Shown one piece after another: positions 1 to 10,732 of a DNA stretch of 33,469 bases (positions are counted from its first letter, which is position 1; the number at the start of each line of letters is the position of its first letter). The notes under the pieces are model-generated. The model was not told the origin of the DNA. It saw nothing but the letters and a program-made list of their open reading frames with translations, and ran no database searches. The translations under genes and the position numbers were made by a program. Source of the DNA: Octopus sinensis (lineage: Eukaryota); assembly GCF_006345805.1 (NCBI RefSeq), contig NW_021831964.1:1-33469 (forward strand). Reading direction: 5' to 3'.

Positions 1-384
1 AGATACACACACACAGCCCTTCTCTATCTCTTTCTCTCTGTGTCTATCCCTCTCTGTCGTTATCTATCCATCTATCTTACATACACATTCTCACACACAC
101 ACAGACACACACAAACACATTCTCACAAACGGAACACAGATACGCACACACACGCACGCACACGCACACGCACACACATGCATGCATATACACACACATG
201 CTTATATAAATATATGCATAGCTCCTCACACTCAGACAAAAGCCACACTTAGAGACACGCTCTGTCCAACACTCACAAACGCTCATTGACATGTCTGTCC
301 TCAACACAACATGACGTCTGTACATTCCTCTTCTGATATAATATATAACATAACCACAAGGTTTCACATTCGCTACGAGCCATT

Positions 385-545
385 AACTGATTAAATCGAC
401 CCCAGCCTTTCAATGGTACTCTATTTTATCGACCACGGTAGGGTGAAAGGTAAGGGTACTCTGGACGGGATTTGAACGTCAGAGAGTTCTAACCGAATAC
501 CGCAAAACAATTTGTTTGGTTCAGCGCTCTCCCGATTCTGCTGCT
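385..545 (-). mobile_element. Diverged tRNA-derived SINE (type B family)
   Basis: Degenerate match to the GGCGAGCTGGCAGAA...GTTCAAAT...CTTTCATCC...GGTCGATAAA...GTACC motif order seen in better copies in this window. Confidence 0.6.
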
Positions 546-608
546 AAGTAACATATCTCATACGTGTACAGATACGCTGAACACAAATACACTTGTAATG
601 TATATATG

Positions 609-1070
609 GGATCTTTTCGGTTTGACCGGTAGTTTTTTTTAAATAATTTCCACATAACTAAACACTTTTAAACTTCGTATACTGGTAGAATGTGTTTATA
701 AAACATCTTTTTCTCTTGGCTTTATTGAGAAAATTCTATGATTTGTAAGATATTTGTTGTTTTTTTTTCTTCAATTTCTGCAATTTCAACCAATCACTGA
801 CGTCTATTGAGGTAAAAAAAACATTCTGTGCCGTATGAATATGTCTCTCGTTTAAGAAACAGATAGGGTTTATTTACATTTGTGAAGAAAAAAAGATACC
901 TTTCCCCCTAACCCTAACCCTAACCCTAACCCTAACTAACCCTAACTCTAACCCTAACCCTAACCCTAAAACAGATTGAAATGCAATAGATCGATACTAG
1001 GGTCATAATTATGGGTGACAATTTCATATGACACCGCTAGAAAAAACTGCCGTTCAAACCGAAAAGATCC
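609..1070 (+). mobile_element. Non-autonomous DNA transposon (MITE), copy 1, with internal (CCCTAA)n tract
   Basis: TIRs GGATCTTTTCGGTTTGACCGGTAGTTTTTT (609) and AAAAAACTGCCGTTCAAACCGAAAAGATCC (ends 1070). Exact 8-bp TSD TATATATG at 601-608 and 1071-1078. Homologous inverted copy at 4168-4589. Confidence 0.93.
906..969 (-). repeat. Interstitial telomere-type (TTAGGG)n tract, about 10 units, inside the MITE
   Basis: CCCTAA units 906-969 with two variant units (CTAA, CTCTAA). Confidence 0.95.
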
Positions 1071-1259
1071 TATATATGTATATATAGATATAAACAAGAT
1101 ATATAAAACAAGATATATAAAACAAGATATATAAAAGAGATGCAGCACGAAAGTTTGTCAGTTAATGCAGGAGTCAGTCCTGATTTGGTTAGACTTGAAT
1201 CTCCAAAATACTAGCAAGGCACAATATGTGTACAAATGGTCCTAATACCATGAAACGTA

Positions 1260-1670
1260 ATTCTTAAATATTCTTAGGTATGGATTAGCTAATTATGAAC
1301 TAATCAACTTGTGTAAATAACTAATTCAATTAGACTTTAAGCTCCAGTTATGAATTACATTGAATATTACTCCTTAGACACAAGTAATACTTAAATGAAA
1401 ACTTAAGAAAAAAAATCGGGTATGGAAAGACAAATTAAGAAGTTTTAATTAGACATGTAATTAGGAATTAATTAGACTTTGTGCTTCAGTGTCAATTACT
1501 TCGCAGAAATGTTCACTAAACCCAACTGAATCTATTCATGTCACTTAACAACCATTTTAGGTATGGATTTCTAATTTAAGAAGCATTTTCTCCTAATCAC
1601 TATACACTAATTAAGAAGAAACATGCAGAAACACTGTTTTCAAGATAGTGCTTATTTCTCCTTAGAATAT
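1260..1670. repeat. Degenerate ~142-bp tandem repeat, 3 copies
   Basis: GGTATGGA at 1277, 1419 and 1560. AATTAGACTTT at 1328 and 1470. Confidence 0.6.
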
Positions 1671-1744
1671 AAACTTGTGTGGTGTGGCACTATCACATCA
1701 TTAGTGTATTTGTCCTTTGGGTCGAACTCGACCAAGATCGTTCT

Positions 1745-2085
1745 ATAAGTTCAAATCCCACCCCTGTCAGGGGGCGTAGTTCAATGAAGCCCCAAAACGG
1801 CTGGAAAAACAGTTCTTTTCTTTCCAAAGGAAAAATTATAGGATTCCGTTCCTTTTTTTTTTCTATTAAAATAAATTACTTCCTTTCGAAGAGGAACAAC
1901 AGTTCAAATCCCACCTTCGTCAGGGTGAGGGGCGCAGCTCAAATAAAGAGCCTAAAACGGCTGAATACAGGGGGGGGGATCCAAAAGAAAATTGTAGGTT
2001 TCCACCGTTCAAAAAATAAACTCCTTGCAATAGGAACAACAGTTCAAATCCCACCCCCTGTTTGGGGGCGGGGCGCAGTTCAGCA
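1745..2085 (+). repeat. Degenerate 140-158-bp tandem repeat with tRNA-like A/B-box motifs
   Basis: AGTTCAAATCCCACC at 1748, 1901 and 2041. GGGGCGYAGYTCA at 1771, 1929 and 2070. Shared AAAACGGCTG and AGGAACAAC blocks. Confidence 0.75.
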
Positions 2086-2581
2086 ATACCTACAAAAGCT
2101 AAATTTTAAAAATGCACTCCGTTGAAGAATCCAATCGAATAAACAATTGCCAAATGGCTACAGAATATTCACTATTCCCAAGAAGACTTGGAAATAAAAT
2201 TGTCCACCACAGCCTACAAACAGGCAACAGTTCACTATAATAATTTTCAATAATAAATTTTCAATAACAGTTTACGATAATTAACAGTTTCAACAATAAA
2301 AAATGACAACTCACAGATCGCCAGAAAAACACGATCGATTCTTCAACCGGAAGCAAGCTTCTTTATTTCATGGAAATTGGTCATAAAGAGGACAGCACAA
2401 GGTGGGGACAAAAAAAAAACGAATGGAATTAATGAAATTGTACGATGAAAGGTGAAATGAAGCCACTGGGCCCCACCCCCGAGCGACTTCATTGAACCTG
2501 TTAATACATCATTTTTAAAAAAATAGCTTATAACAATTATAATAATTAACGACAGCTATTTGTCCTTCATCAAAAGGATGT

Positions 2582-2971
2582 TTAAGTTAAGTTAAGTTAA
2601 TTTTTTGGCTCAAAAATCAAAGAGCAAGGCCATGTAGGGGGACATGGAGTTATGTACAGGGAGGGTGTTCATGCAAAGAGTTCAGGCCATTTCTGGTCAA
2701 GAGAGACTTTGAACCGAGCGGTCGTCGGCATCTTCACTATCTCGTCCGGCAGCTTGTTCCACGGATCCGCAACCCGGACGGAGAAAGCCCCTCTCCTTCG
2801 ATTGAGACGAAATCGTGGCAGATAGAGCTTTTCGGAGTGACCCCGCAGCCGACGCTCTGGAGCAGGAGTGAAGAACAGCTCTTTCGAGAGGTTACAGTTT
2901 CCGCTTATGATGTTGTGAGCAAGAATGAGATCACCACGGCGTCGTCGTTTTTCTAGAGAATAAAGGTCATG
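2582..2971 (-). mobile_element. 5'-truncated CR1-like LINE (ORF2 C-terminus, 3' UTR and (TTAAC)n tail)
   Basis: 2968->2669 reads open for 100 codons: DLYSLEKRRRRGDLILAHNII...RLRGHSEKLYL...AFSVRVADPWNKLPDEIV...FKVSLDQKWPELFA*. This is the typical CR1/L2-group ORF2 end. (TTAAC)3 tail at 2582-2600. Confidence 0.85.
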
Positions 2972-3142
2972 TTTGCGTTATACTTCTTTAGAATCTCGTG
3001 AACACTTACTTGTTTAGGCATTGAGCTGGTGTCCAGCTTCTGTTCCGGTTGGGCACCGATTAGCACAACCAGTCACAGTAAAATGGCGGGAACAGAATTA
3101 GAGATCTCTTCTTACTTTGTAGCGTCCTCTATTTCGGTGTCT

Positions 3143-3182
3143 GATGCTGAAGAAGAGACACTCACTCCGAAATGCATGCATC
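3143..3182 (+). ncRNA. Degenerate minimal hammerhead-ribozyme-like motif (probable Penelope-like relic)
   Basis: GATG-CTGAAGA-(aGAG..CTCc)-GAAA-TGCA-TG-CATC. Stem I is GATG/CATC and stem III is palindromic, but the cleavage site reads UG rather than UH. Confidence 0.45.
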
Positions 3183-3724
3183 TATAAGTCTTGTTAGAGA
3201 GCATTGCAAATTGACTTCGTTTGTCTACGGCGATAAATTTTCTCCATCACGAAATACAGTGAATAGCATTCTTAACGAGGTGGAATGTGCCCCAAGCGTA
3301 TTTGCACTGGTAACAAGTTTGTATATATCTAATCAGCTCAGAGTTGCCTTTCTTGGCATCTAGTACTGAATAGAACTAACGTAATCGATAGGTAACTATC
3401 TATTAATAGAGAGTGCTCTGAGCTGGCGGCCATGTTCTAAAATTATACAAACATATTTTTATTCAGACCATCATCAGAAGGATAATTCTTATAAAATGGC
3501 CGATAGACATAGGTTCGTGGCGATGGTTAATTAATAGCTTGTTTTAATTCATGTTACCTTGAGTTGGTAACAAGTCAAGCTTTACATGAACAGGCTCGGC
3601 CACAAGGATCGAATAGATTATTGATAGCCATAGGGTTTCATGCGGTTTCCTTTCATTGTGTTTAATTTTAGTTTTGTGTGTTTGATACGATTCTCTTCAA
3701 AATCCTTGGATGTATTGCGAGTAT

Positions 3725-4030
3725 GTTTGTTCCTTCTCGAGCCATACTTGGCTCATAAGGGCCGGTTTCCCGGTTTCCTTGGCGTATAGGTTCACCACCT
3801 GGACGGGACGCCGGTAGTTGCAGGTGAGTTGCAAGATGCAGGAGGAAAAAGTGAGAGAAAGTTTATTGGCGAAAGAGTCAGCAGAAGTTCGCCATTACCT
3901 TCTGCCGGAGCCGCGTAGAGCTTAGGAGTTTCGCTCATAAACACACCACACATCGCCCGGTCTGAGATTCGAACCTGCGATCCCTCGACCGCGTGTCCGC
4001 TGCTCTAACAACTAGGCCATGTGCCTCCAC
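3725..4030 (-). mobile_element. tRNA-derived SINE (type C head with GGAAACCGGCCCTTATGA tail)
   Basis: Minus strand begins GTGGAGGCACATGGCCTAGTTGTTAGAGC (A-box) ... GGTTCGAATC (B-box). Head matches the inner SINE at 24952-25338 and tail matches the outer SINE at 25349-25462. Confidence 0.85.
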
Positions 4031-4167
4031 TATTGCGGGTATGTTTCTCCTTGATGCCGAATCACTCGCAAAGTTCATGACTTGACATATGAGTTTTGCA
4101 GTGATGTACATTTGATGGTTGCTTGCACCTTGCAATGCTTCATCTTTTCTTGTATCTATAAATGCTC

Positions 4168-4589
4168 GGATCTTTTCGGTTTGAACGGCAGTTTTTTCTA
4201 GCGGTGTCATATGAAATTGCCACACATAATTATGACCCTAGTATCGATCAATTGCATTTCAATCTGTTTTAGGGTTAGGGTTAGTTAGGGGTGGGGGGAA
4301 GGGTATCTTTTTTCTTCAGAAATGTAAATAAACCCAATCTGTTTCTTAAACGAGGGACATATTCATACGGCACAGAATGTTTTGACCTCAATAGACGTCA
4401 TTGATTGGTTGAAATTGCAGAACTTGAAGAAAAACAACAACACATATCTTACAAACTATAACATTTTCTCAATAAAGCCAAGAGAAAAAAAGATGTTTTA
4501 TAAACACATTCTACCAGTATACGAAGTTTAAAAATGTTTAGTTATGTGGAAATTATTTTTAAAAACTGCCGGTCAAACCGAAAAGATCC
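4168..4589 (-). mobile_element. MITE copy 2, inverted relative to copy 1
   Basis: Same GGATCTTTTCGGTTTGA.CGG TIRs. Exact 8-bp TSD AAATGCTC at 4160-4167 and 4590-4597. The reverse complement aligns closely with 609-1070 but has only 2-3 TTAGGG units. Confidence 0.93.
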
Positions 4590-5039
4590 AAATGCTCTTT
4601 CCAAATGTGAAATTCAATGACTTTTGAAGCCTACAAGTTGTTTGGCGAGCTGATCACAAATGCTGTATGCATACATGCGTACATACTGCCTTATTCTATA
4701 CATACAATAAATACACACATAATACACATTCACACACACACATATACATATACAAGAACATAAATACATGCATACATACATATATGCTTGTAAATGCAAA
4801 TATATATAATTGCCTGCTAACAGAGATACTTACGTGCATCATGCATGCCTACATGCATGCATGACTGCAAATACGCATATATGCATACATACATAGATGC
4901 AGAACAGATATGCGGATAAGTGAACAAACGGTTACATAAAAGAAAACGGGGAAAAAAGAGAAAAAGAGAACAGGATAGAGAGGAAAAGAAAAGGAGTATG
5001 ACAATAAGCGAAGAAAAACAAAAAGAATGGCAATAAGAG

Positions 5040-5829
5040 AGAACTGAGAGAGTGAGGGAGAGACAGAGACAGACAGAGACAGGGAAAGAGAGAGGGAGAG
5101 AGAGAGATGGAAAAAGAGGAAGAAAGATAATTGTTAGGAACTAAGAGTAAGTTGCTTGAGAAGAGAGTGAGTCATCGTTAGTCATTAAGGTAAGAGTAAC
5201 AACCGGAAGTTGTGACACTTGACATCTGGAGGAAAACAGACGACAGTATATTGTGTCTTTTGACTGTCTGAATTGGTAGGAGGAAGAGAAAGGGGGAGGA
5301 AGAGGAGAAAGAAGAAAAAAGAGCGAAAGAGTGTGGGTATGTATGTTTGAGGTAGAGAGAGAAGAAGGGAGGGAATTGGAGTTGAGAGATGGGGAGAGAG
5401 AGGTGGAGGTGTACTTTTGTGAATGATAGAGATTGAAGAAAGAAATTATGAGTGAAGGAGAGAAACAGAAAACAGAAAGGGGGAAATGTTTGAAAGAGAA
5501 GTGTGTGTGTGTATGTGTGTGTGTGTGTATGTGTGTGTGTGTGTATGTGTGTGTGTGTATGTGTGTGTGTGTGTGTATGTGTGTGTGTGTGTGTGTGATG
5601 GAGGGAGAGAGGGCGGGTGCGAGGGAGAAATAAATGAGAGAATGAAAGACGAAAATGTATGTTTGTGTGCGTGTGAGTGTGAGTAGAAGATAGATAGAGA
5701 GATAGATAAATTGAGAGAAAAGAGAAAGAGGGAGAGAACGAGAGAGAGAGAAGATAAAGTTATCAGTGAAGGAGATGGAGAGAAAGAAGGATGAAAATAT
5801 GTATGTGTGTGTGTGTGTTTGTATGTGTG

Positions 5830-5874
<45 letters not shown>

Positions 5875-6019
5875 TTTGTGTGTGCGCGCGTGTGTGAGAG
5901 ACATTAGGAGAAAGATAAACGGATGGATAGATAGACTGATAGACACAAAGAGAGAAACAGAGAATGAGAAGGAATGAAAAAGACAGAGAGAGGAAGGGAC
6001 AGATAGATAGGTAGGTAGG

Positions 6020-6054
<35 letters not shown>

Positions 6055-6055
6055 G

Positions 6056-6122
<67 letters not shown>

Positions 6123-6238
6123 TTAGGGAGAGCGTATAGTTGTGGAAAGAAAAAGATGAAAAATAAAGATATGAAACAGAAAGTGAAAGGAAGAAAAATA
6201 TGTGTAACGGTCAAAGAGGAGAGGGTAAACGGTAAAGA

Positions 6239-6271
<33 letters not shown>

Positions 6272-6480
6272 TATCGCTTGAATTAGAGAGTGGGAGGAGC
6301 AAGTGGGAGGAGTAAGTGTGGAGGAGAGGAAGGAGAATGGAAAGGAATAGAAGGGGAGGGTGATGAGGTGAATTTGTGTAGTAGGAGTTAAGTATTTACG
6401 GTAAGAGGGAACTAATTAAAAGACACTAGAGACACAGAGGGAGAGAGAGAGGGGGAGAGAGAGAAAGAAGGAAGGGGGAG
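5040..6480. repeat. Compound microsatellite block: (GA)n, (GT)n, (GATA)n, purine-rich
   Basis: Directly visible arrays, e.g. (GATA)n ~6000-6122 and (GT)n ~5500-5597 and ~5830-5870. Confidence 0.95.
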
Positions 6481-6596
6481 GCAGGCTGACATGTGTAGTG
6501 GAACCCGTTGGAGTAGGAGGGTTAATAGAATGGGATTGGGAGTGGACAGGGTAAAGGGTGCTGGGGCGGGTGGCAGGGGCGGGGCTTCTTTCGCTA

Positions 6597-6975
6597 GTTT
6601 CAATCATTTGACTGCGACCATGCTGGAGCACAGCGTTTAAGTCGAACAAGTCGGCCCCACACGACTTATTCTTTGTGAAACTCGTATTTATCCTATCGGT
6701 TTTTCTTTGCCGAACCGCTAGGTTACGGGGACGTAAACACCACCAACATCAGTTCTCAAGCGATGTGTATGTGTGTGTGTGTTGGGGGGGGGGTACACAC
6801 ACACACATATATATATGACGGGCTTCTTTCAGTTTCCGTCTACCAAATCCACTCACAAGGCTTTGGTCTGCCGGAAGCTATAGTAGGAGACACTTGCTCA
6901 AGGTGCCACGCAGTGGAACTGAACCCTGAATCATGCGATTGGGAAGCACGCGTCTTACTACACAGCTACGCCTGC
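6597..6975 (-). mobile_element. Type A composite SINE (tRNA-like head, internal CA/TA microsatellite, conserved 3' module)
   Basis: Plus strand reads CATTTGACTGCG.CCATGCTGGAGCAC...GCCGAACCGCTA...[microsatellite]...GACGGGCTTCTTTCAGTTTCCGTCTACCAAATCCACTCACAAGG...CACAGC. About 10 homologous copies in the window. Confidence 0.9.
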
Positions 6976-6992
6976 ATATATATATGTACACA

Positions 6993-7023
<31 letters not shown>

Positions 7024-7044
7024 ATTCTTTTATTCTATTTTTCC

Positions 7045-7446
7045 CTTTTACATGTTTCAGTCATTTTGACTGTGGCCATGCTGGAGCACCGCCATTTAGT
7101 CGAGCAAATCGACCCTAGGACTTATTATTTGTAAGCACGGTACTTATTCAATCGCTCCCTTTTGCCGAACCGCTAAGTGACGGGAACGTAAACACACCAG
7201 CATCGGTTGTCAAGCGATGTTGGGGTGGGGACAAACACAGGCACACAAACATACGCAATATACATATATATATATATATATAGAAACATATACGACGAGC
7301 TTCTTTCAGTTTCCGTCTACCAGATCCACTCACAAGGCTTTGGTCGGGTCGAGGCTATAGCAGAAGACACTTGCTCAACGTGCCACGCAGTGGGACTGAA
7401 CCCGGAATTATGTGATTGGTAAGTAAGCTACTTACCCCACAGCCAT
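7045..7446 (-). mobile_element. Type A composite SINE
   Basis: Same three-part structure as 6597-6975. Confidence 0.9.
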
Positions 7447-7695
7447 TCGAGGAAGTCAAGTCCTCATTAGGGATTATGAAATCCAAGGTATTCCACAGGT
7501 TCAATCCGTATCGTATAATGGTAAAGTCTTTGGTACATATTTAGGATTATTGAAATTTTCGATATTGAGGGAAAACAAAGAGAAGAGAATGGAGAATAAA
7601 TGTATTCTGTTGTGTCTGGGGAGAGTCATTTTCTTTTTGTGCCTTATAATATAACACACTCACCGGTAAAATTTCCACTTTTTTCTTATTTTTAT

Positions 7696-7736
7696 TTTCC
7701 TAAAATTTTCGTTGCGTCTTGCAACCTTTTCAATAG
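7696..7736 (-). ncRNA. Degenerate hammerhead-like motif
   Basis: Minus strand TTGAAAAG-GTTGC-aagac-GCAAC-GAAA. Perfect 5-bp stem II before GAAA, but the core is mutated. Confidence 0.3.
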
Positions 7737-8460
7737 TTATATGGCTTATACTTCCTTCTTTCTCTGAGCACATCCTACACTGTGGCGAGTCAGTGCTTTT
7801 ATCAATGTGATATTTGGAATAGTTCGTTCTGAGAGCTTATTCTTGAGCCCTGCACTCTAATGCCTCAGTGAGCCCTTTAAAGTCTACTTTCTGCAGCCAT
7901 TGCCAGGTTCTATTCCAATCAATCTCATCTTTATTCTTCAAGAAATAACTGTGCATTTTCTTGTCCTGCCAAATTTTCTTCGTCTGCTCTCTCTGGTCAT
8001 TCTTAAATTGTGTTGGATCTACAACTTCGTTCACTTCTAAGCTTCCCTGCATTTTCCCTGCTCCAATCATTTCTTCTTTACTCCCCTTGACATACCAAGC
8101 CAGGCTGTTCCCCTCTTCCCTTACGCAACCTTCAGAACACACCAATCCCCATCTTCCTTCTTTCCTCTTTACACACAATCTTGACACATCACTCTTGGGG
8201 TGTAGTTTCTTGTTCATTATCATTAATTTACATGTTCTCCGGTGTATTTCTTGTAATTCAACGTTTCTTCCAAGATACAAATTCCTGCCCCATATCTCAT
8301 CAAAACAACCACCCGCGTTTTAATTTCTCCGATCTTTTAGCGGCCATTTAGCTTCGATCGGAGCACAAGCCGAGTTTTCCTCAAATACTCTTTCATATAC
8401 ATTTCCTTCATCTTGTGTTCATTCATCTTATCTCTTTCAATGATACCCAGGTGCTGATGA
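7735..8460 (-). pseudogene. Decayed R4/Dong-clade (RLE-type) non-LTR retrotransposon ORF fragment
   Basis: HLGIIERD...EYLRKTRLVLRSKLNGR*KI...LMRYGAGI...ELQEIHRRTCKLM...LHPKSDVSRL...WQWLQK...AQE*ALRTNY...CRMC...SISHI. Post-RT region and start of the CCHC knuckle, with in-frame stops. Confidence 0.85.
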
Positions 8461-8823
8461 CAACTATTGAAGAAGAAACACGTATCAATGACTGCACTCT
8501 TATTTTCAGACAATAAGCTTCTCCTTTTATTTAACGGCGTGTCAGCCGTGAAGAACTCTTGAATTTTGAGATTATCACCCCCTTCTTAAATGGAACAGGT
8601 CTTAATCGGCGTTAATTTGAATAAGCCAAGCATTTACGTTGCATGGTATCTGACATACTCATATTTAAGTGGTATGACGAGTGTGTGTGCGGGTGTGGTT
8701 GGACTCATTTAAGTTTGTATATGTGTGTGTATGCGCGTGTATATGTTTGTGTATGTATGTGCACAAACTCTTACACTTTCCCTCTCTCTCTCTTCTCTCT
8801 CTCCTCTCTATATATATATATAT

Positions 8824-8854
<31 letters not shown>

Positions 8855-9047
8855 ATATATATATAATATATATATATATATATAATATATAGTAAGATAT
8901 ATATATTATATATATAACAATTAAGGATAAAATCTTAATAAGAAATCTTAACAAGAAATTATCAGGTAGTTAGCGTTATTTATTTTTGGTAGTAATGACT
9001 TTGAAAGTCCCTCCTAGCGTGTGGCATTTATGTGTAATAATGCCCTC

Positions 9048-9085
<38 letters not shown>

Positions 9086-9320
9086 AGATTGAGATGAGAC
9101 ATGAGATGTGAAGCAGTGGGACAAATTGGAGCAATCTCAAGAATATTCAGCCGAAATTGCGATGATAATCTGGTGTTTAACTGAAGAAAGAAAACTTCGA
9201 ATGACCCGTCCTTGTTTTCTTTGTATCATCTATCTGGATGTTTTCTTGTCCCTTTTTGTATCACCTAGCTGTCCAGATGTTTTGCGTTCTTGTCTCATTT
9301 TGTATTATATATATATATAT

Positions 9321-9660
9321 TCTTTTATTCTTTTACTTGTTTTAATCATTTTGACCCCCTGAACTTTCTATTTTTAAGCCTGGCACTTCTTCTATTTGTC
9401 TCTTTTACCGAACCGCTAAGTTACGGGGACGTAAACACACCAAGATCGGTTATCAAGCAATAGTAGGGGAACAAGCATATATATAAAGATACACACACAC
9501 ACACACGGTGAGCTTCTTCCAGTTTCCGTCTACCAAATCCACTCACAAAGTTTTGGTCGGCCTGAGGCTACTGTAGAAGACACTTGGCCAAGGTGCCACG
9601 CCGTAGGATTGAACCCGGAACCATGTGGTTGGGAAACAAACTTCTTACCAAACAGCCACA
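9321..9660 (-). mobile_element. Type A composite SINE (internally deleted 3' module)
   Basis: Homology to the other type A copies. Confidence 0.85.
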
Positions 9661-9666
9661 TATGCT

Positions 9667-9879
9667 CTCTTTTTTCTTTTTACTTCCTTCAGTCATTTGA
9701 TTGCGGCCATGCTGGAGCATCACCTTAGATGATTTTAGTCAAAGAAATCGACCCCATGACTTATTCTTTGTAAGCCTAGTTTTTATTCTGTCGGTCTCTT
9801 AGGCAGAACCGCTAAGTTACGGGTGACATAAGCATACCAACATTGACTGATAAGGGATGGCGGGTGGGGTGGGGAACAA

Positions 9880-9952
<73 letters not shown>

Positions 9953-10116
9953 CGACGGCCTTCCTCCAGTTTCCGTCTACGAAATCCACTCTCAAGGCTT
10001 TGGTCGGCCCGAGACTATTATAGAAGACACCTGCCCGAGGTACCACGCAGTGGGACTGAACTCGGAACCATGTGGCTGGGAAGCAAGTTTGTTACCACAC
10101 AGACACGTCTGCGCCT
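9667..10116 (-). mobile_element. Type A composite SINE
   Basis: Full three-part structure, directly adjacent to the previous copy. Confidence 0.9.
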
Positions 10117-10326
10117 ATATTTACAGACACGCCAATTGATATAGGTGGAGTGATGCGAACAGGAAAGAAAACAGAACTCAAAACATGAGTATACGTATGT
10201 ATATTTTTATTAATATTAAGCAGAAGCACGAAACTGTCGGACCTTGAGTCACTCTGACGCTTTTGCTAAATATCAATACACACACACACACAACACACAC
10301 ACACATATATATTTTTTTCTTTAATT

Positions 10327-10724
10327 TTCTTTTACTTGTTTCAGTCATTTGACTGCGGCCATGCTGGAGCACCGCCTTTAGTCGAGCAAATCGACCCCGG
10401 GACTTATTCTTTGTAAGCCAGCTACAGTACTTATTCTATTGTCTCTTTGGCCGAACCGCTAAGGTGACGGGGGACGTAAACACACCGCATCGGTTGTCAG
10501 CAATGCTAGGGGGACAAACACACACATGCACACATATATATACATATATATACATATATACGACGGGCTTCTTTCAGTTTACGTCTACCAAATCCACTCA
10601 CAAGGCATTGGTCGGCCCGGGGCTATAGCAGAAGACACTTGCCCAAGATGCCACGCAGTGGGACTGAACCCGGAACCATGTGGTTGGTTAGCAAGCTATT
10701 TACCACACAGCCACTCCTGCGCCT
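10327..10724 (-). mobile_element. Type A composite SINE (near-consensus)
   Basis: Full three-part structure. Head on minus reads AGGCGCAGGAGTGGCTGTGTGGTAA...GGTTCAGTCCC. Confidence 0.92.
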
Positions 10725-10732
10725 ATATATAT

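Noticed and set aside
40-367. ORFs rich in HT/YI/CV/LS dipeptides here and throughout (e.g. 5141-6214, 17186-17762, 23881-24415, 29974-30822)
   Set aside because: They are translations of (CA)n, (TA)n, (GATA)n and (TACA)n microsatellites, not genes.
906-969. True telomere or chromosome end
   Set aside because: Only about 10 units, internal to a TSD-flanked MITE.
1745-2085. Functional tRNA genes
   Set aside because: No cloverleaf or anticodon arm at canonical spacing, and there is an internal T-run.
3070-3362. Minus-strand Cys/His-containing frame (CYQC...HCIS*W) as a CR1 ORF1 PHD finger next to the CR1 fragment
   Set aside because: It has an in-frame stop and missing ligands. The hammerhead-like motif offers an alternative explanation.
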